64,000 bases of DNA from Dehalococcoidia bacterium (lineage in GTDB: Bacteria; Chloroflexota; Dehalococcoidia; Lucifugimonadales; CATQGZ01): contig CBDCXW010000008.1 in NCBI GenBank assembly GCA_965223945.1, forward strand, positions 1,062,794-1,126,793, given 5' to 3'. How positions within the stretch are numbered: the stretch's first letter is position 1; each line of letters begins with the position of its first letter. The translations under genes were made by a program, and so were the position numbers. This document shows positions 10,003 through 18,034 of this stretch, one piece after another. The notes beneath the pieces were generated by a model. It did no database searches. It saw only the letters and a program-made list of their open reading frames with translations, and was not told the DNA's origin.

Positions 10003-10782
10003 CTATCTGAACAGATCGTTCGCTCTGTCGCGCACCAGCGCTGTGGCCGCACCAGCGCCCGCCGCGAACTCGTAGCCGCGCACCAGGGCAACCGGGACTC
10101 CGGTTGCCTTGCCCATCACCATCTCCGCTGCGGAGGCAAGCTCGTCAGCGACCGCGATGGTCGACACCTTCATGACCAGTCCGAACGCGTCCGCCGTGCC
10201 CCTGTAGTCCTGTACCGGGTCCATCCCTGCCACGCCGATGGCAAGGTTGGTCTGGCCCTCCCGCCAGGCCCGGCCGTGCGTGTCGGAGATGACGACCCCC
10301 AGGCGGGCTGCCGGCACGAGCTCGGTCACCCGGCGCAGTATCTCCCGCGCGGAGCGGTCCGGGTCCTCGGGAAGCAGGGAGACGAAGTCCTCGCCCGGCA
10401 CGTTCGACGTATCGACCCCCGCGTTGGCGCACACGAAACCGTGCCGCGTCTCGCAGATGATGATGCCGCGGTCGCTGTCCATCCGCACGATGGACCGGCT
10501 CTCTCTCAGCACAACCTCGACGAGTCTCGGGTCTCGGTCCGCCGCCGTCGCGAGCTCAAGGGCCAGCGGCGACGGCTCGACTTCGCCGAGGTCGACGGTC
10601 CTGCCCTCCGCCTTCGAGACCACCTTCTGGGTCACGACGAGGATGTCTCCATCCTCGATGGCGGTGCCCTGCGCCCGCGCTGCGGAAACTATGATCTCGG
10701 CGAGACCGTCTCCGGCGACAATCTCGCCGATGCCGGTTATGCCGATCACCTCGAACCTCGGTACCGTCCGTCCGCTCGTCAT
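10003..10782 (-). CDS. cofE: coenzyme F420-0:L-glutamate ligase
   Basis: 259 aa. DGDILVVTQKVVSKAEGR, ETRHGFVCANAGVDTSN and ISDTHGRAWREGQTNLAIG match CofE/FbiB N-domain signatures. Confidence 0.85.
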   Translation of the reverse strand: MTSGRTVPRFEVIGITGIGEIVAGDGLAEIIVSAARAQGTAIEDGDILVVTQKVVSKAEGRTVDLGEVEPSPLALELATAADRDPRLVEVVLRESRSIVRMDSDRGIIICETRHGFVCANAGVDTSNVPGEDFVSLLPEDPDRSAREILRRVTELVPAARLGVVISDTHGRAWREGQTNLAIGVAGMDPVQDYRGTADAFGLVMKVSTIAVADELASAAEMVMGKATGVPVALVRGYEFAAGAGAATALVRDRANDLFR

Positions 10783-10792
10783 GCTGCTCCTT

Positions 10793-12391
10793 CTACAGCG
10801 GCTCGAAGAAGGTCAGGTCGGCGCCGTGATTCTCCATCGCGGCGACCTCGTCACCGCGCAGGCGGACACGGATGTCGCGCGTGGCGTGATGGAGCGTGAT
10901 CTCCTCGGTCGGGAGGTCGTATTGGAAGACGATCGGCCGGTTGACCGGAGGGTTGGCGAAGAACAGGTACCCGTTCGTGGCCCGCGGCTTCTCGCCGGCG
11001 CCGGTTATCCGCATCTTGTCGCGCTCGCACCAGGGCGGAACGCGGACGAAGAGCGGTCCGGGTTTCTTGACGCGCACGCTGAGGGCCGGATGCGTATATG
11101 CCGACCGCACCTCGACCTCCGGCGTTTCATGGTCGAACAGAAGGTTAACCCAGTGGCCCGCCTCGTCGAGTCGCGTCATCTCTCGCAGCGCCTCGCACAG
11201 CGATCCGACCGTCCCGCCGACCACGTCTGTGTTGAAGCGCATGCGCCCGCCGTCCCTCTGCTCCAGCGGCTCATGTCCGAACGGCGCGGGGAAGCCCCAG
11301 GTCCCTTGCGTTCGCTGCGCAACGTCGCGGAGCGCGTCGAGGCCGCCGGGGTTGTCGGAGGCGCGTATCCACGAGACGTCCCGGAGCTGGGACGGCAGCA
11401 GGTGGCACCGCAGGATGCGCTCGGCGTCGTGGAAGTATCCGGCGTACCCCCACCGGCCGAGGAACAGCGCGGTTTCGAGGATGTCCCCTGTGTTGTTCAT
11501 CTCGCCCTCGTCTGGGTTGTGGCCGCTTCCCACCGCGGTCTCGCGCGACCAGCCGGTCTCGTCGCGCATCTCCCACAGCCCGTTGTCGTAGAACGCCTTG
11601 ACGAGGCCCATCAGGGTCGAGTCCTGGGTGAGGTCGGCGAGCTGCGCCATGGACGACATGGTGCAGGTCACCGAGTGGGCGTGGGTGCCAAACAGGGAGG
11701 GGTCGTACGAGCCGTCCTCGGTAAAATACCCGTCGAGGCACTTCTCCTTCAGCATGATTGCGAGGTCTAGCGCTGGAGGGTACCCCGTCGTACGGTAGTA
11801 CTTGACGAGCGGGCCGATTGCCCTTGCCACGCCGGAGATGAACGACTGCGTACGTCGTATGGAGACGACCCCTTCTTCTTCAAGGCGGCCGTAGTCCCAG
11901 CCCGCGCCCGGGTCCCAGTACTCGAAGACGCCCGCGATGCTGGCCGCCGCAACCTCCGCGGCCCGTTCGGACGCGCGGTACTTCACGAGGGCGTTCAGCG
12001 CGTGGAAGCCCTCCCGTAAGTGATGCGGATTGAAGACGACCGGCGAATCGTACTCGCCGTCATTGCGGTCGAGAGGGAACGGGACCGGGCCGCCGTAGGA
12101 GTAGAAGCACGCGTTGGCGAACTTCTCTATGTACGCCTCGTCGACCTCCAGGCCGGCGGCGTCCTCGGCGTTGAGCAGCGCATTGAGGTGCCGGCCCGGC
12201 ACGTGGCTCTCCCACGGCTTACCGAAGTATGCCTCCGGGCGCACGATGACGCGAAAGTAGGGCACGTCGTCCCCGTCCGGGTCGAAGACGCCGTACATGG
12301 CGTTCCGCGCCAGCTCGATGGCCCCGTTGATGTCGGTCGTGTTCACGTCGGGGAGTCGCATAATGGCGTCGGTACCTCCGCCAATCGTCAC
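10793..12391 (-). CDS. conserved hypothetical, (alpha/alpha)6-barrel DUF1680/GH127-like (weak assignment)
   Basis: Uninterrupted 532-aa ORF ending 10 nt before the cofE start. GTHAHSVTCTMSSMAQLAD resembles the GH127 GHAxRxxYxxxGMAD region. The annotated GTG start lies inside a REP element; ATG at 12361 is an alternative. Confidence 0.6.
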   Translation of the reverse strand: MTIGGGTDAIMRLPDVNTTDINGAIELARNAMYGVFDPDGDDVPYFRVIVRPEAYFGKPWESHVPGRHLNALLNAEDAAGLEVDEAYIEKFANACFYSYGGPVPFPLDRNDGEYDSPVVFNPHHLREGFHALNALVKYRASERAAEVAAASIAGVFEYWDPGAGWDYGRLEEEGVVSIRRTQSFISGVARAIGPLVKYYRTTGYPPALDLAIMLKEKCLDGYFTEDGSYDPSLFGTHAHSVTCTMSSMAQLADLTQDSTLMGLVKAFYDNGLWEMRDETGWSRETAVGSGHNPDEGEMNNTGDILETALFLGRWGYAGYFHDAERILRCHLLPSQLRDVSWIRASDNPGGLDALRDVAQRTQGTWGFPAPFGHEPLEQRDGGRMRFNTDVVGGTVGSLCEALREMTRLDEAGHWVNLLFDHETPEVEVRSAYTHPALSVRVKKPGPLFVRVPPWCERDKMRITGAGEKPRATNGYLFFANPPVNRPIVFQYDLPTEEITLHHATRDIRVRLRGDEVAAMENHGADLTFFEPL

Positions 12392-12413
12392 TCCGGCGAA
12401 GGCCGGAGTCCAG
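12387..12413. repeat. REP-like palindromic element, family A, copy 1
   Basis: GTCACTCCGGCGAAGGCCGGAGTCCAG. Stem TCCGGC/GCCGGA. Same 27-mer family as 14066, 19462 and 38140. Confidence 0.85.
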
Positions 12414-12488
12414 CGGCGTGGTAGGGATGGGGGGTCCCGTCGAAGTTGATTACCATGAAAACAGCCAGAGTCGCTAGGTCGTGCTGTA

Positions 12489-12510
12489 GGGGCGGGTTTG
12501 AAACCCGCCC
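12489..12510. repeat. REP-like hairpin, family C (GGGGCGGGTTTSAAACCCGCCC)
   Basis: Same hairpin as in each unit of the 13582-14058 tandem array. Preceded by a GATTRCCATGAAAAYAG box, as in the array. Confidence 0.8.
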
Positions 12511-12668
12511 TATCCTCTTGCCGTGGGCCGCCGCCACTCTCATCCCCTTATGCGGCCCTCACAAGGCCATAGTGATTCCCAACATAAGCGATTGACCTGA
12601 TTGTACACCCCTCATGAAGGACACGGGGGCGTGCGTGATATACTTCCCCCGGTGCATGATCGTCCTAC

Positions 12669-13568
12669 GTGCAAACCCTGCCTCGCGGCTCCATGATGCT
12701 GCTTAGAAGCCTCCTGTTCGTTCCCGGGAATCGCGCCGACATGCTGGCAAAGGCGGCTGGCCTCTCGCCGGACGCGTTCATCCCGGACATGGAGGACTCG
12801 GTCCCCGCGGCCGAAAAGCGCGCTGCCAGGGACACGGTTGCCGACCACCTCTCCCTCCTGGCCGCTACCGGGGCCGCCGTCATCCCACGGGTTAACGATC
12901 TGGCTAGCGGTCTGATCGAGGACGACCTTGCGGCCGTCGTCGGACCGCACGTCCACGGGGTTTCGGTCGGCAAGATCGACTCCGCCGAAGACGTCCGGCT
13001 GGTGTCGCGGATACTCGATTCGTTGGAAGACGCCGCCGGGCTGGATCGCGGCTTCGTCGGCCTGATCCCCTGGATCGAGACCGCCAGGGGAATCGTCAAC
13101 GCGTACGAGATCTGCTCGGCGTCGCCCAGGATCATGGCCGCCGGCTTCGGCGCCGAGGACTTCACGAACGACATGGAGATCGAGCGCACCGACACGGACG
13201 ACGAGATCGCCTACCCCAGGACGGCGGTCTGCATCGCCGCGAGGGCGGCCCGCGTGCCCGCGCTGGACACCCCCTTCTTCAGGTTCAGAGACATCGACGG
13301 CCTGATACGCGACGCGCTTAGGGCGAGGGGAATGGGCTTTCGCGGCAAGTTCGCCATCCACCCGGCCCAGGTGCGGCCCATCGCCGAGGCCTTCTCCCCG
13401 ACGGACAGCGAGCTCGAAAACGCCCGGCGGGTTGTGGAGGCCTTCGAGCTGGCCGAGAGAGAGGGCAGGGCCTCTACCTCGCTGGACGGCATGGTGATCG
13501 ACGTTCCGGTGGTACGCCGGGCCCGGGCGCTGCTGGAAACGGCGGCCTCCATCGCGGACCGGGCGTAG
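12669..13568 (+). CDS. CitE-like / HpcH-HpaI family acyl-CoA lyase (citryl- or malyl-CoA lyase type)
   Basis: LLRSLLFVPGNRADMLAKA...IPDMEDSV is the CitE N-terminal signature. ATG at 12693 is an alternative start. Confidence 0.85.
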   Translation: MQTLPRGSMMLLRSLLFVPGNRADMLAKAAGLSPDAFIPDMEDSVPAAEKRAARDTVADHLSLLAATGAAVIPRVNDLASGLIEDDLAAVVGPHVHGVSVGKIDSAEDVRLVSRILDSLEDAAGLDRGFVGLIPWIETARGIVNAYEICSASPRIMAAGFGAEDFTNDMEIERTDTDDEIAYPRTAVCIAARAARVPALDTPFFRFRDIDGLIRDALRARGMGFRGKFAIHPAQVRPIAEAFSPTDSELENARRVVEAFELAEREGRASTSLDGMVIDVPVVRRARALLETAASIADRA

Positions 13569-13581
13569 GAGCTAGAGTGTC

Positions 13582-14058
13582 GCTGTCCGTGATTGCCATG
13601 AAAATAGACAGTGCCGCTGTATCCTGCCATATTCGTAGGGGCGGGTTTCAAACCCGCCCTCCCTGCCGCCCAGTACGAAGCATGTCCAATTACGCATATA
13701 TGGCCGCGTCAAAGCAAGTTGGTATTAGCTGGTGGCGCTGTCCGTGATTGCCATGAAAATAGACAGTGCCGCTGTGTCCTGCCATACCCATATTCGTAGG
13801 GGCGGGTTTCAAACCCGCCCTCCCTGCCGCCCAGTACGCAGCATGTCCAATTACGCATATATGGCCGCGTCAAAGCAAGTTGGTATTAGCTGGTGGCGCT
13901 GTCCGTGATTGCCATGAAAATAGACAGTGCCGCTGTGTCCTGCCATACCCATATTCGTAGGGGCGGGTTTCAAACCCGCCCTCCCTGCCGCCCAGTACGC
14001 AGCATGTCCAATTACGCATATATGGCCGCGTCAAAGCAAGTTGGTATTAGCTGGTGGC
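13582..14058. repeat. tandem triplication of a 155/161/161-bp unit
   Basis: Unit starts at 13582, 13737 and 13898. Units 2 and 3 look identical; unit 1 lacks ACCCAT and has a few substitutions. Each unit carries the hairpin GGGGCGGGTTTCAAACCCGCCC. The array ends in a family-A REP. Confidence 0.95.
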
Positions 14059-14065
14059 GTTGTCC

Positions 14066-14092
14066 GTCATTCCGGCGGAGGCCGGAATCCAG
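14066..14092. repeat. REP-like palindromic element, family A, copy 2
   Basis: GTCATTCCGGCGGAGGCCGGAATCCAG immediately after the tandem array. Confidence 0.85.
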
Positions 14093-14149
14093 GCCCCGTT
14101 CACAGGGCCGAGCCAGGTAGTGCAACGAACTTCGGGGTTAGGAGACTAG

Positions 14150-14955
14150 GTAGTGTTGACATTTATATTATACTTCGAGTATGTCAATAGATATACTATC
14201 TCCAGAGCAATGGTCAAAGGTGTTTGAGTTTCTTCGGAGCCAGTCGGACTTGTACGTCGGACGGGAAGCCGAATGCAAGCGGTTCATCGGAGCCGTCTTC
14301 TGGATCACCCGAACCGGCGCGCAATGGAGGATGCTCCCAGCCGAGTACGGCAGGTGGAACAGCGTCTACAAACGGTTCGCCCGATGGTGTGAACGCGGTG
14401 TATGGGAGCGAATGCATCAGCATTTCGTCGATGACCCCGACATGGAGAACCTCATCATTGACAGCACGGTCGTCCGGGCTCATCATTCCGCCGCAGGCGC
14501 ACCCAAAAAAACGGTGGGCAAGCATCACAAGCCCTTGGTCGAAGCCGAGGTGGGTTCACTACAAAGGTCCACGTGAGCGTGGATGGCCTCGGCAATCCCT
14601 TGAGGTATAGGTTGACCGGAGGGCAAGAACACGATGTCACTCAGGCTGCCGAGCTCATATCCGGGATCGAGAGTGAGCATGTGATTGCAGACCGAGCATA
14701 CGACTCCAACCAGTTCCTTGGGTCGATCATCAGGAGCGGTGCAGTTCCAGTAATACCCCCTCGCTCGAACCGGAGAGAGCCGCACTCATACGACGAGTAC
14801 TTATACCGAGAGCGTCATCTCGTCGAGTGTTTCATCGGCAAGATCAAGCACTACCGTCGCATCTTCTCCCGGTTCGACAAGCTGGCGAACAGATACCTCG
14901 GATTCCTGCATTTTGTAGGTGCTCTCATATGGCTAAGGTAAAATGTCAACACTAC
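14150..14955 (+). mobile_element. IS5-family (IS427/IS1031-group) insertion sequence, complete
   Basis: Perfect 15-bp terminal inverted repeats GTAGTGTTGACATTT (14150-14164 and the reverse complement of 14941-14955). Flanked by CTAG at 14146-14149 and 14956-14959. Length is 806 bp. Confidence 0.9.
14181..14941 (+). CDS. IS5-family transposase made from two frames by -1 frameshift
   Basis: Frame 1 (14181..14576) reads ...HHSAAGAPKK. An A7 run lies at 14505-14511. The -1 frame continues NGGQASQALGRSRGGFTTKVHVSVDGLGNPL... to 14941 and contains the DDE region. Confidence 0.88.
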
Positions 14956-15326
14956 CTAGAGTGGCCGACAGGATACGCCTCAAGGGGATGATCTTCTACG
15001 GCTTCCACGGCGTGGGGCCGGAGGAGCAGCAGGTCGGCCAGCGGTTCGTCGTCGACCTCGACGTGGAGCGTGACCTCAGGGCCGCGGGCCGCTCCGACGA
15101 CCCCGGCGACACCGTGAACTATGCCCAGATGTACCGCGTCGTCAAGGAGATAGTCGAGGGCCCCAGCCGCAAGCTGCTCGAGAGCGTGGCGGAATCGATA
15201 GCCGAGGCCATCCTGGACGGCTTCGACGTGGAGGCCGTGACCGTCACCGTCAAGAAGCCTGAGGTGCCCATCAAGGGCAGCATACTCTCCCATGCCGCCG
15301 TGGAGATCCGCCGCGCCCGGTGCTAG
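14943..15326 (+). CDS. folB: dihydroneopterin aldolase
   Basis: IRLKGMIFYGFHGVGPEEQQVGQRFVVDLDV is a FolB signature. The first 13 nt of the ORF (14943-14955) lie inside the IS5 right inverted repeat, and the next 4 nt are the flanking CTAG. GTG at 14961 is the likely ancestral start. Confidence 0.85.
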   Translation: MSTLPRVADRIRLKGMIFYGFHGVGPEEQQVGQRFVVDLDVERDLRAAGRSDDPGDTVNYAQMYRVVKEIVEGPSRKLLESVAESIAEAILDGFDVEAVTVTVKKPEVPIKGSILSHAAVEIRRARC

Positions 15327-15903
15327 CGGCCGCTAGGTGCTCACAGGGGGACTAGCCACGGCTCCCTGGGTTAGAATCCGAGCGATGAGAGTCCCCGGCA
15401 GCCTACTATTCTTAATGCTGACGCTCTTCCTATCCGCCTGTGACCGGGGAAGCGATGCACCAATACTCAGCCCCACGCCAAATCTGGAGAAGACGGTTCA
15501 GGCCGCCGGAGCTGCGGCGCTGCCGACGGAAACGCCCGTCCCGACACTGGATATCGACGCGACGGTCGAGGCCCGCGTGATAGCGACCATGGTCGCCATG
15601 CCGACGCCGACACCCATCCACACGTCGACATCTCAGCCGACGGTCGTGCGGACGCTGACACCGATCCCGACGCCAGTGCCGACCGCCACACCAAGCCCGA
15701 CGCCCACGCCGACCCCCACGCCGACCCCGACCCCTACGGCGACGCCCACACCTGAGCCGACTACAAGGCTGGTTCTATCTGCAAAGCCTACGGTTGTAGG
15801 GTACTGGTCGGATGGTATAGCCGATGTGGAGATAACTGCGACGTTGGTGAACAAGGGCACGCTCCGGTTTGATGGTGATCAAGAGATAACGGCCGCCTGT
15901 AAG

Positions 15904-17616
15904 CCCGAATCCACCGAAGGAGGGCGTCGGGTCAGTGTCCTGAAGCGGCAAGAGGGTGCTCCTGTGAATCTGGGATAATGGTTTTGAAACAGCAAAGCCG
16001 ACCCCAGAACAAGGAGCACCCGATAGATGCTAGCACGCAACCATCCCGACCGCATCCGTATCGCCTTCGACGACCACCGCCTGGTGGCCAATGCTGGGCT
16101 GCTCCTCCCGGTGACCCTAGCCCAGCACCTGGGCCTGCGTGAAGTCGTCGACAGCCACGTCGACCTGGGAGACGCGCCGGGGCGAGCGAACCCAGGAGAC
16201 AAGATGCTGACCCTGGTGGCCTCGGCGCTGGCTGGGGGCGACTTCATTGACGACGCCGACGTGTTGCGTACCGGCGGGACAGCTGGCGCCATCGGCTGCG
16301 TAGTCAAGGCGCCATCCACCCTGGGAACTTTCCTGCGCAGCTTCCGGTGGGGCCACGTCCGCCAGTTGGATCGGGTGAGCCGGGAGTTGCTGTCCCGGGC
16401 CTGGGCCGCTGGTGCGGGACCCGGCGAAGGGCCGTTGACCATCGACTTGGACTCCACCATGTGCGAGACCTACGGACTGGCCAAGGAGGGGGCGCGTCAC
16501 CATGGTTACACTGGCCAGCGGGGCTATCACCCGCTGCTGGCCATCGCCGCCGGCACCGGCGACGTGCTGATGTCTCGGCTGCGCGAGGGCCGCGCCAACA
16601 CCGTTCGGGGCGCCGCCCACTTCCTGCGGGAGACCGTGGGCCGGGTGCGCCATGCTGGGGCTACAGGACAACTCACGGTGCGGGCCGACAGCGGCTTCTA
16701 TGCCCACGCCCTGGTCGTCGTCTGCCGCAAGATGGATGTCCGCTTCTCCATCACCATCCGCCAACACGCCCGCCTCAGGGAGTTGATTGAGGCGATTCCC
16801 GAGGAGGACTGGACGCCCGTCCCCTACTGGATGGACGGCGGCGCCGACGTGGCCGAGACCACCTACACTCCCTTCCAGGGTGAGCCCGAAGCCGCCCCAG
16901 TGCGGCTCATCGTCCGGCGGGTGAAGCCCACGCCCGGTTCCCAACTGGCCCTCTTCGCCAGCTACAGCTATCACGGCTTCATCACCGACCGGGACGGGGA
17001 AACCCTGGAACTGGAGGCCGACCATCGCCGCCACGCCGAGATTGAGAATGCTATCCGAGACCTCAAGCACGGCGTCGGCCTCAACCATCTCCCCTCGGGC
17101 CGCTTCCCCGCCAACGGCGCATGGCTGGCCGTCCAGGTGCTGGCCCATAACCTGGCCCGCTGGACCGCGCGCATCGGTCTGGACGAGGGGGTGGTGACCA
17201 CCAAGACCCTCCGGCGGCGCTTCTTCTCCCTGGCCGGACGGCTCACCCGCTCGGCCCGCCGCCTCACTTTGCATCTGCCACAGGGCTGGCCTTGGGAAAC
17301 CCAGTTCACTCGCGCGCTGGCTCGATTGCGAGCCCTGCCATTGCCTGCCTGACGGCACCGACGGCGCCTGACACGTCCACCAGACTACCCAACCGACCCA
17401 CAGAGTCGCACCGGCCCGGTCCGCGATTGTCTTCCCCTGCATGCTGTCCCGCCGACCCCGCCCCAGCGCCGCTGCCCAGGACCGCCATCGGCGCCCCCAA
17501 CGACAACCAAAGGCCGCCACCGGCCCCATTTATCGGAATCGAGCGCGGACCGTCGCGTCCCACGGCCCTCACCCCTTGTTCCAACCCCAAGGCCGCTCCG
17601 CATCGGTGGATTCGGG
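15904..17616 (+). mobile_element. IS1380-family insertion sequence, complete
   Basis: Terminal inverted repeat CCCGAATCCACCGA (15904-) matches the reverse complement of the right end (-17616). 5-bp direct repeats GTAAG at 15899-15903 and 17617-17621. Length is 1713 bp. Confidence 0.9.
16027..17352 (+). CDS. IS1380-family DDE transposase
   Basis: 441 aa. The N-terminus HPDRIRIAFDDHRLVANAGLLLPVTLAQHLGL and ...HAEIENAIRDLKHGVGLNHLPSG are typical of the family. Confidence 0.9.
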   Translation: MLARNHPDRIRIAFDDHRLVANAGLLLPVTLAQHLGLREVVDSHVDLGDAPGRANPGDKMLTLVASALAGGDFIDDADVLRTGGTAGAIGCVVKAPSTLGTFLRSFRWGHVRQLDRVSRELLSRAWAAGAGPGEGPLTIDLDSTMCETYGLAKEGARHHGYTGQRGYHPLLAIAAGTGDVLMSRLREGRANTVRGAAHFLRETVGRVRHAGATGQLTVRADSGFYAHALVVVCRKMDVRFSITIRQHARLRELIEAIPEEDWTPVPYWMDGGADVAETTYTPFQGEPEAAPVRLIVRRVKPTPGSQLALFASYSYHGFITDRDGETLELEADHRRHAEIENAIRDLKHGVGLNHLPSGRFPANGAWLAVQVLAHNLARWTARIGLDEGVVTTKTLRRRFFSLAGRLTRSARRLTLHLPQGWPWETQFTRALARLRALPLPA

Positions 17617-18034
17617 GTAAGGCTCCGCTGGACTGCCGAGAGGAGCTCAGTCTTTCGTTGCCCGATGGGTTCGGGCCTAGCTCCGCGAGGTTCAAGCTGC
17701 GGCTCCCAATGGGTACGGCAACCGTTGAATTTGACCACGGCAGGGATGAGCCACTGGCGCTACAGGTGGAGGTGCCAGAACGCGTCCTGGGAGTTGACCG
17801 CGAGGTCTGGGAGTGCTACATCGACAGGCCACCTAAAGGCTTCGCTCTCGGAGCTCACAACGACTGGACGGCTGGGTGCGGCGGTTGGGGAAAGCCGACA
17901 GTTGAGAAATGGCTCAATGATGATTCTCTCGCAAAAAGTCTGTGCAGGTCGAATTAGAACAAACGTACCCACGCCTGGGTACAATATACAGTCTCTGTTC
18001 CGTATACTACCCCAACATACGGTAGCGCTCAAAT

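Larger units (their letters stand above)
15385..17957 (+). pseudogene. lipoprotein gene with Pro/Thr-rich linker, split by IS1380
   Basis: Lipobox LTLFLSAC. The 5' part (15385..15903) and the 3' part (17622..17957) join in frame (..EITAACK|APLDCREEL..) once the IS and one GTAAG copy are removed. Confidence 0.75.

Noticed and set aside
13582-14058. Possible CRISPR array.
   Set aside because: The units are 155-161 bp and directly abutting, with no unique spacers. No cas genes are present.
13611-14190. Three ORFs encoding near-identical peptides (MPLCPAIPIFVGAGFKPALPAAQY...).
   Set aside because: They are just the 161-bp tandem repeat read in one frame. The GAGFKPALP peptide comes from the REP hairpin, so this is not evidence for coding.
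15660-15760. A DNA-level repeat of CCGACNCCNACG units.
   Set aside because: It encodes the (Pro-Thr)n linker of the lipoprotein. This is a protein low-complexity region, not an independent repeat element.
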